Positions 1 to 13,000 of a stretch of DNA of 64,000 nucleotides are shown here, piece by piece. The notes beneath the pieces were generated by a model. It had not been told where the DNA came from. It saw only the letters and a program-made list of their open reading frames with translations, and did no database searches. This stretch comes from Myxococcota bacterium (GTDB lineage Bacteria > Myxococcota_A > SURF-8), in NCBI GenBank assembly GCA_965140415.1, contig OZ223209.1, positions 1,120,001 through 1,184,000 of the forward strand. The letters run 5' to 3'. Position 1 is the stretch's first letter, and each line of letters opens with the position of its first letter. Position numbers and translations under genes: made by a program.

Positions 1-503
1 GTCTGGCGCTTCATCGGGATCTCAAGCAGCGTTTTGAAGGCGTGGGATATTCCCCACCTTCCGTGACCTTCATTATGGCGGACATTGATTTTTTCAAACG
101 TGTCAATGACGATCATGGCCATGATGCGGGTGATGCGGTGTTGAAGCAATTCGCGGATCGCGTTCGCAGGCTTTTGCGGCAAGGCGACATCGTCTGTCGC
201 ATGGGCGGAGAAGAATTCCTGCTGATCGCGCCGGAGACAGATGAAGCCACAGGGAAGATGGTCGCGGAGCGGGTTCGAAAAACTATCGCCGAGAGGCCTT
301 TCCTTCTGCCTTCAGGAACGAGCATTTCCGTAACGTGCAGCCTTGGGATGTATACATCCATTGTAAATGACTCCAATTCTACGTTTGATGAGCAAATCAA
401 AAAGGCGGACAAAGCGCTGTATCAGTCCAAAACGAACGGACGAAACCGCGTGACCGTCTTTGTTTCCGAAAATCAAGGGGGTCTTGATGGGGGAGAACAA
501 TAA
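1..503 (+). CDS. Diguanylate cyclase (GGDEF domain), 5'-truncated by the window edge
   Basis: DIDFFKRVNDDHGHDAGD, RQGD I-site and GGEEF active site; the frame is open back to the window start. Confidence 0.93.
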   Translation, partial: LALHRDLKQRFEGVGYSPPSVTFIMADIDFFKRVNDDHGHDAGDAVLKQFADRVRRLLRQGDIVCRMGGEEFLLIAPETDEATGKMVAERVRKTIAERPFLLPSGTSISVTCSLGMYTSIVNDSNSTFDEQIKKADKALYQSKTNGRNRVTVFVSENQGGLDGGEQ

Positions 504-3500
504 CCGGAAAAAGCGTATTGTCGCCGTCAACGACACGTCTTTTCAGCTGACGCTTTTGCGATCCATTCTTGAGAAGGCCGGATACGATATCGCCTGCCAT
601 GAAAGCGCGGAGGAAGCGCTCCGCTCGATGACCCCTGAAAACATCCCCGATCTGATTATCACCGACCTGCATATGCCCGGTATCGACGGCTGGCGCTTTT
701 GCCGCCTGCTGCGGTCGCCTGAGTACAGCCACCTGAACCAAGTGCCGATCCTGGCCAATTCGGCCACGTTCGGAGGCGAAGATACACTTTCGATATCGAG
801 CGCCGCCGGTGCGGACGCCTTTCTTGAATCCCCTTACAAAGTGGATGATCTGCTGCGCTTTGTCCAAGAACTGATTTCGGGTGAGCAGCCCGAAAAGAAA
901 CCTTCTCTTCTTATCGTTGAAGACGTAAAAACCCTTGCTAATAACCTGGGCCGTGTTCTGGAGCAGGTCGGCTTCGATGTGTCCATCGCCTATGACGGCG
1001 CGACCGCTCGCAAGCTATTCGATACGTACAGACACGAAACCGTGATTCTGGATCAGCATTTGCCGGATTCTACCGGACTGGAGTTGCTCGAAGCCTTTGA
1101 AACACAGAGTTCAAAAACTGTTTTCATTATCGTTACCGGTGACGAAGACCCGGAACTGGCGGTAAAAGCCATGAAAAATGGGGCCAGCGCATTCGTGCGC
1201 AAGCCTTGCTCGAATGATTATCTGGTTGAACTGATCCGGAAGGCGCACCGGGAAAAAAGCCTGATGGCGGTCGAGAATCTCCTGGAATTCAGAACCCGGA
1301 AACTTCTGGAGGAGGAACAGCGGCACAAGGCGGCGATGGATGCGGCGCATGAAGGATTCTGCATTTCCATTGACGGCATTTTACATTACAGCAATCCGGC
1401 TTTTGCCGACATGCTTGGCAAACCTTTAGAACGTATTGTTCATACGGATATTTATCAATACATCAATGCAGCTGACAGGGAGCGCATAGCCTCGATTTAT
1501 CAGCGTTACGAAAACGGCGGGCACAACCTTGGCCTGCAAGTGTTCTCTCTGAAGAGAGAGGATGGAAAAAAGTGTATCGTCGAAGCCTCCGGAAGCCGGA
1601 TCGAATACGAAGGGAAAGACGCCGTTCTATGCGTTGTGCGCGACGTTACGGAGACCCAGAAACTGGAGCGAGAAATAGACGATCAGCGCCGGCGTTATGC
1701 GGATATGCTGTCCAACATGCAGATCGCCGTTACGCTGCTAGACAAGGACATGCGTGTGCTTTGGGCGAATGATTTCGCAAAAAACGAGTTTCCGGACTGC
1801 GATCCGGTCGGTTGCTTCTGCTACGAACATTTCGAGAATCGGGAATCACCCGTTGAAGATTGTCCGGTTGTGAAATGTTTTGAAACGGGAAAGACTCAGA
1901 AACGCGAATTCTATAATCCCCGAAACAGCAAGTGGTATTTCAGCACGGCTTATCCGATCAAGGATGAAGACGGGCGTGTTGTCCAGGTGATGGAAACCGC
2001 GATTGATATCACGGAAAGAAAGGGATACGAAGATCGACTGGCCTTGCAGGCCCTCGTCTTGAACCAAATCGAAGATCGTGTCACCATAACGGATCTACAG
2101 GGCCGAATTACCTATGTCAACAACTCCGAAGTAAAAGCCCTCGGATATTCCCGTGAAGAACTTTTAGGGAGAACGACCGAGGTGTACGGAGAAGACCCGG
2201 AAAAGGGAGCCACACAGCGTGAAATCGTGGAAGCCACGATACGCGAAGGCGGCTGGCGCGGCGAAGTCCTGAATATGACGGCGGATGGGCAAGAAGTCAT
2301 CATGGACTGCCGCACACAAGCTGTCAGGAATGAGCATGGAGATGCGATTGCGCTTTGCGGGATTGCCACCGATGTAACGGATAGAAAGCGTCAGGAAGAA
2401 ATCCTGCGATTGCAGCGGGATTTGTCCGTCACGCTGGCAAGGGCAAATGATCTGAATGAAACATTGCGCGCCTCTCTTGAGACCTCTATCCAGATTTCCG
2501 GATTGGATGCCGGCGGTATTTACTTGATCAATGAACATGACGGATCGCTTACGCTTTCTCACCACGAGGGCATTCCATCGGCTTTGTTAGAAGAAATGAT
2601 CTTCTTTGATGCGGATAGTCCTCAGGCGCAATTGGTTAGGAAACAGAAGACACGATATGCTTCGCATCGAGAAATCCTCTCTGAAATCGGTTCAAACCCA
2701 TCGGAAAGCCGGATCAAAGCGCTGGCCATTATCCCGATTATTCATGAAGGAAAGGCTGTCGGTTGTCTGAATGTTGGTTCCTTCACGGATGAAAATATTT
2801 CGCAGCAGTCGAGAATGATTCTGGAGACCATCGCCGGGCAAATCGGGGCCGTCATCGTCCGGCACTGGATCTTTTCCGAATTGCAAGTGCAGCGAGAGAA
2901 TCTGACAACCTTTTTCAATACCATTCATGACTTTCTGTTCGTGATGGACGAAAACGGAACGGTGATTCAGACGAATAATACGGTGAGCGATCGGCTTGGC
3001 TATTCGTTGGAAGAAGTCGTCAATAAATCGGTTCTGGCTTTTCACCCGGAAGACCGGAGAGAAGAAGCTGGGCGCATTGTTGAAGAGATGCTGGCTGGAA
3101 AACGGGAAATCTGCGATATTCCGCTCCTTGCAAAGGACGGCGAATTGATTCCGGTGGAGACAAAGGTTACCCGAGGTCGATGGAACGCCCAACCCGCCAT
3201 TTTCGGTATATCGAGAGATATTTCCGAGCGGCTCAGGATGGAAGATGAGTTGCGGGAAAGCGAGGAGAAATATCGCACATTGGTGGAAAATTCTCTTCAG
3301 GGCGTGGTTATCGCACAGGCCAGTCCGTTACGGTTGAGTTTCGCCAATACAGCCATGCGGACTCTGACCGGATATGATGTACAGGAGCTCTTGCACATGG
3401 CGTCGGAAGAACTCATTTCCCTGATTCACGTGGATGATCGAGAACGATTCATTGATTCTTTCCAAAGACGGGTGTCAGGAGAAAATATCCCTTCGATAGG

Positions 3501-6500
3501 CGAATACCGGATTGTTACGAAAGATAGCAGCATCAAATGGGCGCAAAGCCATTCCTCGAAAATTGATTTTCTTGGAGAACCAGCGACGTTAACAACCTAT
3601 ATTGATATAACTGATAAAAAACGCGCAGAAGAAACCGTCGCCAGAATCAATGAGCGTCAACAATCCATATTGGCCGCCATTCCCGACATCGTTATGGAGG
3701 TGGATGTCAATAAAGTTTATACATGGGCGAATCAGCCCGGACTGGAGTTCTTCGGCGAAGACATCATCGGTAAAGAAGCAAGTCTATATTTCGAGGGAGA
3801 GCAGCATACGTATTCGATTGTGTCTCCACTTTTCTCTGGAAATGAAAATACAATCTATGTGGAAAGCTGGCAGCGGAGAAAAGACGGTGAAATCCGCTTG
3901 CTGGCATGGTGGTGTCGTGTACTTAAAGATGAACAGGGCAATGCGTTGGGGGCCATTTCAACGGCTCGCGATATCACTGATCTGAAAGAGACAGAGAATG
4001 AATTGCGTATGATGGCGGATATGATCGATGCCGCTCCCAATTCCATTACAATACATGACACCGATGGACGCTTTTTGTATGCCAACAGGCGCACCCTTGA
4101 AATGCACGGATACAATGATAAGGAATTTCCGGGCATCAACCTGCACGATTTGGATGTTCCTGAAAGTGAAGCCTTGCTGAACGAACGCTTCAGATTGATT
4201 GATGAGAATGGCGAAGCTTCTTTTGAAGTGGCCCATTACAGAAAAAACGGAAGCTGTTTTCCCCTTGAAGTGTATGCCAAGATGGTGCAGTGGAAAAATC
4301 AACCGGCATTGTTGAGCATAGCAACAGACATCACCGATAGAAAGAACGCCGAAGAAGCTCTTCGCCGGAGCGAGGAGAAATACTCGACCATTGTCAGTAT
4401 GGCTCCCGAGGCGATACTTATCTGCGATGATCAGGGAGCAATCACCTTTGCAAACGATCAGGCCTCCGCACTCCTCGACATCAGCCAGGGAAACTTGCTT
4501 GTGGGGAAAAGCATATTCGACTTTCTGCCTGGAGAGGAAGCTGAAAAAGTAATCGCCAATCAATGTCTGACGCTCGAAGGGAAGGATCCCGGTCCAGGTG
4601 AATACAAGGCCATTCGTGCAAATGGTGAGATGATCGACATCGAAGTGCATGGTGAAATTCTGCGGGATGTTTCGGGACAGTTCGGTGGCTGGCTTCTGAT
4701 GGCGCGTGATATTACGGCGCAGAAACGGCTGAACGAGGCATTGGAAGAAAGCCAGCAGCGGCTTAACCTGGCTTTGCAGGTTGCCCACATGGGTTACTGG
4801 GACTGGGAAGTTGAAACGAACCAGGTCCGCTGGTTTGGCGAAAGTGCGGCGCTGTTTGGTACGACGCCTGAATCCTTTGACGAAACGCTTAATGGCGTGC
4901 AGACCCACGTACATCCGGATGACCGGGATCAGGGAATCGAGGCGTGCAGGCGTTGTGTTGAGGATGACTTACCCTTTGATAATACCTATCGAGTCGTCTG
5001 GCCATCGGGAGAAATCCGCTGGCTTCATTCACTGGGCAAGCTCTTCAGGGATGAACAGGGAAAACCGGTCCATGTGTTTGGCGTAACGACCGATGTGACG
5101 GATCGAAAGATGGCGGAAAATATCCTTATCCAGCGTGAAGAACGCTTCCGCAAACTGATCCAGAACTCAAACGATATCCTGGTAATTCTGGATGAAACAG
5201 GCAAAGAGCTATATGTCAGTGATTCCGTGGAGAGGATCACCGGATACACGCAGGAAGAATGCATAGGCAAAACAGGCTTCGACTTCCTGCATCCCGACGA
5301 TGTGAATAAAATAGCGGAGGCATTTAGTCAGCTGGTAAAAACTCCGAAGCATACAATGCAAGCTGAATACCGGCACCGAAGGAAAGAGGGTGGGTGGGTT
5401 TACCTTGAAGCCATTGGTACGAATTGGCTCGATGAGCAGACGATCAGGGGCATTGTCCTGAATGTTCGTGACGTAACGGAAAGAAAGCAATCGGAAGATG
5501 AAAAAGACAAGCTCGAACAACAGTTGACTCAAGCCATGAAAATGGAGGCTATCGGACGGCTTGCCGGTGGCGTGGCGCATGATTTCAACAACATCCTCAC
5601 GGGTATCTCCGGCAATGCATCCATGACCATGATGGATTATGCGTCTGATCCCTCGTTATTGGAAACTCTGAAAGAAATCAGCGATGCCTCTGACAGAGCG
5701 GCCGGATTGACTCGGCAGCTTTTGGCCTTCAGCCGTAAGCAGATTCTGGAGCCTAAAGTTATCAGCCTGAATCGTCTGATCGAAGATCTCATGAAGATGC
5801 TGGTGCGTCTGATCGGAGAAGATGTTTCGTTCACGTTCTCACCGAAAAGAAGATTGGGAAGAGTTCATGCGGACCTAGGCCAGATCGAACAGGTTGTCAT
5901 CAATCTTTGCGTGAATGCGCGTGACGCCATGCCGAATGGCGGGAAATTGACTATAGAGACCTCGGATACCGAACTTGACGAAAGCTACTGCGAAAATCAC
6001 AAGTACGTAACGCCGGGGCGATACGTGCTGATGGTCGTCAGTGATACCGGCACGGGAATGGACGAGGAAACCCGCAAACATATTTTCGAGCCCTTCTTTA
6101 CCACCAAGCCGCAGGGTCAGGGAACCGGACTGGGGCTTGCCACGATCTACGGAATCATCAAGCAGCATGAAGGGCACATTGAGGTGTATTCGGAGCCGGG
6201 CAAGGGAACGACATTCAAAGTGTATTTGCCGAGTACGAGAGATGCCGCCGAATCCACTTCAGCAAGAGACAGTATATCTTCAATGAAAACCGGAACGGAA
6301 ACAGTACTTCTGGTTGAGGATGAACACCTGGTCCGGTCGGTTGGCGTGAAGATACTCAAGAGACTGGGATATGCGGTGCTGGAAGCGGTTTCAGCCGAAG
6401 AGGCCCGGACGATATCCGATGATTATGAATCCGATATTGATCTGCTCATGACCGATGTCGTGATGCCTGGCGAAAACGGGCGAGAGCTTGCACGGTATAT

Positions 6501-6660
6501 CGAGAAAAAGCGAGCCGGCATCAAAGTGCTGTACACATCGGGTTACACGGAAAACGCCATCGCTCATCACGGCGTTCTTGATGAAGGCTTGAATTTCATA
6601 GGAAAACCCTTCACACCATCGGAGCTGGCGAGAATGATACGTAAGGTATTAGAGGCATGA
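487..6660 (+). CDS. Very large hybrid sensor histidine kinase (2 N-terminal REC, multiple PAS, GAF, HisKA, HATPase, C-terminal REC)
   Basis: REC motifs (IITDLHMPG, ILDQHLPD), repeated PAS/PAC DITE/DVTD ends, GGVAHDFNN H-box, NARDAMP, FEPFFTTK, GTGLGL; ATG at 487 follows an AGGGGG RBS. Confidence 0.95.
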   Translation: MGENNNRKKRIVAVNDTSFQLTLLRSILEKAGYDIACHESAEEALRSMTPENIPDLIITDLHMPGIDGWRFCRLLRSPEYSHLNQVPILANSATFGGEDTLSISSAAGADAFLESPYKVDDLLRFVQELISGEQPEKKPSLLIVEDVKTLANNLGRVLEQVGFDVSIAYDGATARKLFDTYRHETVILDQHLPDSTGLELLEAFETQSSKTVFIIVTGDEDPELAVKAMKNGASAFVRKPCSNDYLVELIRKAHREKSLMAVENLLEFRTRKLLEEEQRHKAAMDAAHEGFCISIDGILHYSNPAFADMLGKPLERIVHTDIYQYINAADRERIASIYQRYENGGHNLGLQVFSLKREDGKKCIVEASGSRIEYEGKDAVLCVVRDVTETQKLEREIDDQRRRYADMLSNMQIAVTLLDKDMRVLWANDFAKNEFPDCDPVGCFCYEHFENRESPVEDCPVVKCFETGKTQKREFYNPRNSKWYFSTAYPIKDEDGRVVQVMETAIDITERKGYEDRLALQALVLNQIEDRVTITDLQGRITYVNNSEVKALGYSREELLGRTTEVYGEDPEKGATQREIVEATIREGGWRGEVLNMTADGQEVIMDCRTQAVRNEHGDAIALCGIATDVTDRKRQEEILRLQRDLSVTLARANDLNETLRASLETSIQISGLDAGGIYLINEHDGSLTLSHHEGIPSALLEEMIFFDADSPQAQLVRKQKTRYASHREILSEIGSNPSESRIKALAIIPIIHEGKAVGCLNVGSFTDENISQQSRMILETIAGQIGAVIVRHWIFSELQVQRENLTTFFNTIHDFLFVMDENGTVIQTNNTVSDRLGYSLEEVVNKSVLAFHPEDRREEAGRIVEEMLAGKREICDIPLLAKDGELIPVETKVTRGRWNAQPAIFGISRDISERLRMEDELRESEEKYRTLVENSLQGVVIAQASPLRLSFANTAMRTLTGYDVQELLHMASEELISLIHVDDRERFIDSFQRRVSGENIPSIGEYRIVTKDSSIKWAQSHSSKIDFLGEPATLTTYIDITDKKRAEETVARINERQQSILAAIPDIVMEVDVNKVYTWANQPGLEFFGEDIIGKEASLYFEGEQHTYSIVSPLFSGNENTIYVESWQRRKDGEIRLLAWWCRVLKDEQGNALGAISTARDITDLKETENELRMMADMIDAAPNSITIHDTDGRFLYANRRTLEMHGYNDKEFPGINLHDLDVPESEALLNERFRLIDENGEASFEVAHYRKNGSCFPLEVYAKMVQWKNQPALLSIATDITDRKNAEEALRRSEEKYSTIVSMAPEAILICDDQGAITFANDQASALLDISQGNLLVGKSIFDFLPGEEAEKVIANQCLTLEGKDPGPGEYKAIRANGEMIDIEVHGEILRDVSGQFGGWLLMARDITAQKRLNEALEESQQRLNLALQVAHMGYWDWEVETNQVRWFGESAALFGTTPESFDETLNGVQTHVHPDDRDQGIEACRRCVEDDLPFDNTYRVVWPSGEIRWLHSLGKLFRDEQGKPVHVFGVTTDVTDRKMAENILIQREERFRKLIQNSNDILVILDETGKELYVSDSVERITGYTQEECIGKTGFDFLHPDDVNKIAEAFSQLVKTPKHTMQAEYRHRRKEGGWVYLEAIGTNWLDEQTIRGIVLNVRDVTERKQSEDEKDKLEQQLTQAMKMEAIGRLAGGVAHDFNNILTGISGNASMTMMDYASDPSLLETLKEISDASDRAAGLTRQLLAFSRKQILEPKVISLNRLIEDLMKMLVRLIGEDVSFTFSPKRRLGRVHADLGQIEQVVINLCVNARDAMPNGGKLTIETSDTELDESYCENHKYVTPGRYVLMVVSDTGTGMDEETRKHIFEPFFTTKPQGQGTGLGLATIYGIIKQHEGHIEVYSEPGKGTTFKVYLPSTRDAAESTSARDSISSMKTGTETVLLVEDEHLVRSVGVKILKRLGYAVLEAVSAEEARTISDDYESDIDLLMTDVVMPGENGRELARYIEKKRAGIKVLYTSGYTENAIAHHGVLDEGLNFIGKPFTPSELARMIRKVLEA

Positions 6661-6688
6661 TGGGTAATCCTGAAAGGTTGATTTGGTA

Positions 6689-9600
6689 ATGGAGAGAGAC
6701 AAAAATCCCAATATGGTCGATAAACCCGAAAACGATGCAGGAAAACCAGCTGCGATTGTTGGCATCGGAGCCTCGGCGGGCGGCCTCGAAGCCATCGAGG
6801 CTTTCTTCAGAAACATGCCCGTTGACAGTGGAATGGCTTTTGTGGTGGTGCAGCATCTATCACCCGATTACAAAAGCTTGATGGTGGAGCTGCTTTCACG
6901 CAAGACCGAGATCCCCGTCTGTCGCGCCGAAGAAGGCATGCGGGCAGAGGCGAATCATATCTATTTGATACCGCCCAAGAAAAACCTGACGATCTTCCAC
7001 GGCCAATTGCTGCTGGAGGAGCAGAAACAGCGTGAAAGCATCAACCTGCCCGTGGATATTTTTCTGCGTTCGTTGGCCGAAGACCAGGGTGAGCATGCTG
7101 TCGCCGTTATCCTGTCCGGTACGGGAAGCGATGGAACGCGAGGCGTACGGGCCGTCAAGGAGTGGGGCGGACTCGTTTTGGTGCAGGACGAAGGGAGCGC
7201 CAAGTTCGACGGCATGCCGCGTTCGGCAGCTTCTACAGGTTTGGCGGACTTTATCCTGTCGCCGGAAGCCATGCCATCGCAACTGATCGCCTGTCTTCGT
7301 CACCCATACGCCGCACGACAGGAGCGCCGACAGCAGGGTTTGGAAAATGAGACGGGCATGACTCGCCTTTTCTCGCTTTTACGCGCCAAAACCAAAGTTG
7401 ACTTCACTTACTACAAACCCAGCACTATAACGCGTCGCGTTGATCGGCGCATTGCCGTCACGCAATCGGAGGATCTTGAGGCCTACGTCCGATATGCCGA
7501 GCAGACACCTGCCGAAATATCTGCGCTTTATCGTGAGTTGCTAATCGGCGTGACCAGCTTTTTCCGCGATCCCGAAGTTATGGACATGCTTCGTGAACGG
7601 GTGCTCCCTGAACTGTTCACAAAAAATAATACCCATGAGATGCGTTTCTGGGTGGCGGGCTGTTCGACGGGAGAGGAAGCCTATACGCTGGCAATTCTGT
7701 GCCGCGAGACAATGGCTGCGCTGGGGCTGGCTCGCGATATTAAAATTTTCGCGACGGATATAGACCGTGACGCGATCGCCAGAGCCGGTCAGGGAATATA
7801 TCCAGAGAGTATCGCGGCCGACTTGAGCCCGGCATTTCTGACAAAATATTTCCACCGCCGTGGCGACCAGTACCAGGTGGCGCGAAACCTGCGTGAGATG
7901 GTGGTTTTCGCTCAGCACAACCTCGTCAAGGATCCCCCGTTTACACGCATTGAGATGGTCAGTTGCCGCAACCTACTGATCTATCTGCAAAGCAACCTTC
8001 AGCAACGTGCGTTGGAGATGTTCGCCTTTTCGCTACGTCCCGGAGGCGTTCTGCTGCTGGGCACGAGCGAAACGGTTGGAGAGATGGAGGACCACTTTGA
8101 ACCCATCGATCGAAAGGCTCGTATTTACGGTTTTAGAGGCAAAACGTCTACCCGGTTGACGTATGACGGACAACAAAATCAGCAGCACGACGAGCGGATG
8201 TTGCCGTTGGCTGCAAGCGGGTATGCCGGCCCCCGGCGGGTCGGTTCACGCGAACACGAAAGACTGATCACGCGCTTGCTTGATTTGCTTGCGGACTCGT
8301 ATGTCCCGCTGGCGGTGGTGGTCAATGAACACCTCGAAATCCTGTACACGCTTGGCGATCCTTCGGGCATTTTCAGTATGCCGACAGGACGCGCCGTTTA
8401 CGACATTTCGAAAATGGTCAGCCGAGAACTGGGCATTCCCCTGGCTACGGGCATTCAGAAAGTTCTACGTTCGGGCGAGGAGTTGACTTATTCCAATGTG
8501 CGTCTGCGGGACGGCGACGTTACACAAGCGATGCGTTTGTGTTTGCGGCTCCTGCCCGGACGCAAGAACGATGAGATGCTGGTCGTCGTGTTTTTTGAAA
8601 CAGTGGGAGAGAATCGTTCCCCCGGCAGCAGCGAAGCATCCGCTGAATACGACCTGGACGAGGAAACCGACCAGCGCCTGCAGGATCTGGAGCAGGAACT
8701 GCAATTCACGCGCGAAAACCTCCAGGCTACAATCGAAGAGCTCGAAACATCAAACGAGGAACTGCAAGCCACGAACGAAGAACTGCTGGCAAGCAACGAA
8801 GAGTTGCAAAGCACCAACGAAGAACTTCAGAGCACCAACGAGGAACTCTACACGGTCAACACGGAGTATCAGAACAAGATCATCGAGTTGACCGAGGCGC
8901 GTAATGACGTGGAGAATCTGCTGTCGAGTTCCCGGATCGGGACACTGATTCTGGATGAAGACATGTGTATCCGTCGCTACTCGCCACAAACGGCCAAAGT
9001 GTTCAACCTGGTGGACAGCGATATGGGCCGTCCTCTGCAACATTTGTCACACCAATTGCTGGATTTCGACGCAGTGGAAATGGCCAGGCAGACGCAAGAA
9101 GAAGGTAAATCCTTCGAAAGAGAGGCGTTGGACCGGGATGGCCGTTGGTACTTGGTGCGAACGCTGCCCTATCGCGTCGGACCGCAAGCCTTGGCTGGTG
9201 TGGTCATCACACTGGTTGACATCACCGAACGTAAACGGGCTGAGAAGGCGTTGCATGAAAGCGAGCAGCGCTATCGGACACTCGCCGATAATGGCCGCGC
9301 TCTCATCTGGACCTCTGGTCTTGACAAGAAATGCGATTACTTCAATAAAGTTTGGCTGGAATTCACGGGACGGACGATTGAGCAGGAGATGGGCGATGGC
9401 TGGGCCGAGGGCGTTCATCCCGACGACCTGGATCGTTGCTTTCGGACCTATGTATCGGCCTTTGATAAACGCGAGCCTTTCAGTATGACCTATCAACTCC
9501 GGCGGCATGATGGGCAGTATCGCTGGATTCAGGACGACGGTGTGCCTCGTTCAAACGACGAAGGTGAATTCATTGGATACATCGGCCATTGCTTCGACGT

Positions 9601-10015
9601 GACGGATCGCGTGGAGGCTGAAGAAGCGCTGAAGGAAAGCGAAGAGCGTCACCGTTGCCTGTATCATCTTCTCGCTGACGCCGAGAAGACCGCCCGCATG
9701 GGCAGCTGGACATGGGAAGTAGCCACCGATATCGTAACGTGGTCGGAGAACCTGTATCGTCTTTTTGGACGCGATCCGGAACTTGGCGCGCCGTCTTTTG
9801 CCGAACACGCTCCCCTCTACACTTCCGAATCAATGGCGCGTTTACAGGAGGCCGTGCGGGAAGCCGTGGAACATGGAAAGGCCTATGAATTCAGATTGGA
9901 TGCTTTACGCGCCGATGGCTCGATTATGCCTTGCATCGCTCGCGGGCAAATAGAACAAGATGAAACAGGAACGATTATAAGACTTTACGGATCATTGCAG
10001 GAGATTCATACATGA
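6689..10015 (+). CDS. CheB-CheR fusion protein with coiled coil and C-terminal PAS domains
   Basis: Che[12 protein letters not shown] and LSGTGSDG; Che[11 protein letters not shown] and [17 protein letters not shown] heptad repeats; PAS domains; start codon uncertain. Confidence 0.93.
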   Translation: MERDKNPNMVDKPENDAGKPAAIVGIGASAGGLEAIEAFFRNMPVDSGMAFVVVQHLSPDYKSLMVELLSRKTEIPVCRAEEGMRAEANHIYLIPPKKNLTIFHGQLLLEEQKQRESINLPVDIFLRSLAEDQGEHAVAVILSGTGSDGTRGVRAVKEWGGLVLVQDEGSAKFDGMPRSAASTGLADFILSPEAMPSQLIACLRHPYAARQERRQQGLENETGMTRLFSLLRAKTKVDFTYYKPSTITRRVDRRIAVTQSEDLEAYVRYAEQTPAEISALYRELLIGVTSFFRDPEVMDMLRERVLPELFTKNNTHEMRFWVAGCSTGEEAYTLAILCRETMAALGLARDIKIFATDIDRDAIARAGQGIYPESIAADLSPAFLTKYFHRRGDQYQVARNLREMVVFAQHNLVKDPPFTRIEMVSCRNLLIYLQSNLQQRALEMFAFSLRPGGVLLLGTSETVGEMEDHFEPIDRKARIYGFRGKTSTRLTYDGQQNQQHDERMLPLAASGYAGPRRVGSREHERLITRLLDLLADSYVPLAVVVNEHLEILYTLGDPSGIFSMPTGRAVYDISKMVSRELGIPLATGIQKVLRSGEELTYSNVRLRDGDVTQAMRLCLRLLPGRKNDEMLVVVFFETVGENRSPGSSEASAEYDLDEETDQRLQDLEQELQFTRENLQATIEELETSNEELQATNEELLASNEELQSTNEELQSTNEELYTVNTEYQNKIIELTEARNDVENLLSSSRIGTLILDEDMCIRRYSPQTAKVFNLVDSDMGRPLQHLSHQLLDFDAVEMARQTQEEGKSFEREALDRDGRWYLVRTLPYRVGPQALAGVVITLVDITERKRAEKALHESEQRYRTLADNGRALIWTSGLDKKCDYFNKVWLEFTGRTIEQEMGDGWAEGVHPDDLDRCFRTYVSAFDKREPFSMTYQLRRHDGQYRWIQDDGVPRSNDEGEFIGYIGHCFDVTDRVEAEEALKESEERHRCLYHLLADAEKTARMGSWTWEVATDIVTWSENLYRLFGRDPELGAPSFAEHAPLYTSESMARLQEAVREAVEHGKAYEFRLDALRADGSIMPCIARGQIEQDETGTIIRLYGSLQEIHT

Positions 10016-13000
10016 GTGCGGACAGATCGAACACTGCCGACGAACTGCGTAAACGCGCGGAGGCACTGCTGGCGAAATCACCAGAAGTCTTTCAGGCAGC
10101 CGACCTCAGGAGCATCAGCAAGCTGGCGCATGAACTGGCGGTGCATCAGGCCGAGCTTGAAATCCAGAACGAGGAACTGCGCGATACGCAGTTGGCTCTT
10201 CAGCGTACGAACGATCATTATTCGGCGCTTTTCCAGCAGGCTCCGGTCGGATATGTGGTGCTCGACGCCTCGGGCATCATCCGAAAGACAAACGCCACCT
10301 GGCATGCCTTGGTTGAAAGTCCCGACGAGGATTTCCGTGGAACATCCTTCGCGGATGCGCTTCTTGAAGAGGATACCCCGATCTTTTTATCCCGTTTTCG
10401 CGTGTTCTTTCGCAACCCCGCCGATAAAAGGATTATTGTGCGGATTAAGCGCAATGGCGCTCCTCCGTTTCATGCGAGGATTGAAGCCAGGCCATATAAT
10501 GCATCGCATCAAAAGACATCCGCCGCTTCGATGTCTGAATTACTGGTTATCGTCAGCGATATTTCCGATTTGCAGCAGGCGCGCCGGGAGAGTGAGACCC
10601 GCAACGAAGAACTGAGCCGGACAAATGAGCGACTCGATCATATCCATCGCGTTCTTTTAGGCATCCGCAATGTAAATCAGCTTATTGTGGAAGAGGACAA
10701 TCCGGAGCGGCTGATCGAACGAGCCTGCGAGAATCTTACCGAAACATTGGGCTACATGAACGTCTGGATCGCCCTTTTAGGCGGAGAGGCAGGCCGATCC
10801 CTAGGTTTTTCGGGTGTTGACCCGGTCGTTACCGCCGCCTCTTCGGGTTCTGATGGCGGCTTTGGAACGATGCGCGAACGCTTGCGGCGCGGTGACTATT
10901 CATCTTGTATGAAAAGCGCGCTTGAGTCCGAGAATACTGTCGTGATGGGCGATCCCCGTTCCGACTGCCCCGATTGCCCGCTTTCGATTGAGTACGCAGG
11001 ACGCTCCGCGCTGGTTCGCCGCCTGGCTTTCGATGGCCGGACCTACGGCATCCTGACGGCTTCCGTTCCAGCCGACTACGCCTGGGATGCAGAGGAGCAG
11101 GACTTGTTCAACGAGGTGGCGGGCGATCTGGCCTTCGCCCTGCACAAAATCGCCACAGCCCGCAGTCTGGAGGAAAGCCGGCGGCGCTATCTGGAAATAT
11201 TCGAGCACAGCCGAGATGGTTTCGTCATGGTGAACGCGGAAGGACGCATCCTTGACGCCAACGATTCCTATTGCGAGATGCTCGGATACAGCTTGGAAGA
11301 ATTGCTGGCGATGCATGATTTTTATGAGATCACTCCAGAACGCTGGCGCGAGTGGGAATCCTCGGAAATCTGGCAAAAGCGCTTGTTGGGTCAAGGCTAT
11401 TCGGGGCTTTATGAGAAGGAGTATATCCGCAAGGATGGAACGGTTTTTCCCGTCGAGTTGCGCTCCTACGCGGTCCGTAGTGAGAACGGCGAAATCGACT
11501 ATCTCTGGGGAACAGCTCGCGACATTACCAAACGCAAGAAACTTGAAAAAGAGATGCTTTGGCGTGAGGAATGGTTTCGCGGCCTATACGAACACAATCC
11601 CGTCGGAATCGCCTTGGTCGATCCGGTTTCCCAAAGGTTTTTGCAGGCGAATTGCGCATACCAGTCCTTGCTCGGTTATTCCGAGGAGGAATTGCGCAAT
11701 CTCACGGTCAAGGACATCACCCACAATGAGGATTGGGAGAGAGAGCGGAAGGAAATTTCCAGTCGGAAAACCGGCGAAACAAACAATTACGAAATTGAAA
11801 AGAGGTACTTCCATAGAGATGGAAGCATTCGTTGGGTTCGAGTCACCGGAGAAATTGTAGAGGATCCAAGTAAGAAGCATCTCGCATTGGCGACCGTTAT
11901 GGATATGACGGAACGCAAAAAGGTTGAAAATTCCTTGCGTGAAAAAAGAGAAAGGCTGGAGTTCGTCATCGAGGGGTCGTCATTGGGAACCTGGGAATGG
12001 AACGTGCAGACCAATGAAACCGTCTTTAACCGCAACTGGGCGGAGATGCTGGGTTACACCATTGAGGAACTTACGCCTTACAGTTACGATACCTGGAAAC
12101 GCTTGGTTCATCCTGAAGACCTTGATCGGGCAGAGCTTGAATTGAAGAATACGATCGAAGGCAAGACGAAGGATTACTCCTGCGAGTTCCGTATGCGCTC
12201 CAAATCCGGCGAATGGGTCTGGATACTGGATCGCGGTCGCGTCCTGAAACGGAATGAGGCCGGAAAACCGTTATTGATGTACGGCACCCATACCAACATT
12301 ACCAATATTAAAAAAGCCATGGAAGCCCTCGCCAAAAGCGAGCAACGCCACCGCGACTACATCACCAATACCCCTTACGGCGTTTTCGTCACCGATGAAA
12401 AGGGCCGCTATCTCCAGGTTAACCCCGCTGCATCCTCAATATCGGGGTATTCAGAGAAGGAACTGCTTTCCATGAACGTCTCCGACATGCTTCCAGAAGA
12501 GGGGCTGGAAGACGGGTTGGCTCAGTTCCGACAGGTTGTAGAGACCGGCAAGGCGCATGGGGAACTGGTGTTCCGTCACAAAAGCGGGGAGATTCGCTGG
12601 TGGCAGGTATCAGGTGTCAAGCTTTCAGATAAGCGCTTTCTTGGATTTTGCAACGAAATTACGGACCGCAAGATGGCGGAAGAGGCAATCCTCAGGGAAC
12701 GGGAACAGCTACTTTCAATTTTTGGCAGTATCGATGAGGTGACTTATATTACGGACCCGGATACATATGAAATCCTATATGTCAATCCTGCATTTAAAAA
12801 TATTCTGCAAAAGGATGTCGTGGGCAGAATCTGTTACAAAGAATTCCAGGGGCTCGATTCTCCTTGTCCGTTCTGCACAAATTCCATTATTGTTGAACAG
12901 AGTCCAGAGCCCTACATTTGGGAATATTACAATCCTAAACTAGACAGGCATTTCCTTATAACCGATCGTATCATCAGGTGGTCCGATGGTCGAAATGTCC

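Noticed and set aside
8700-8860. Tandem 21-bp-period repeats (AACGAAGAA/AACGAGGAA)
   Set aside because: Encode the ordinary NEELQST coiled coil of CheB-CheR fusions
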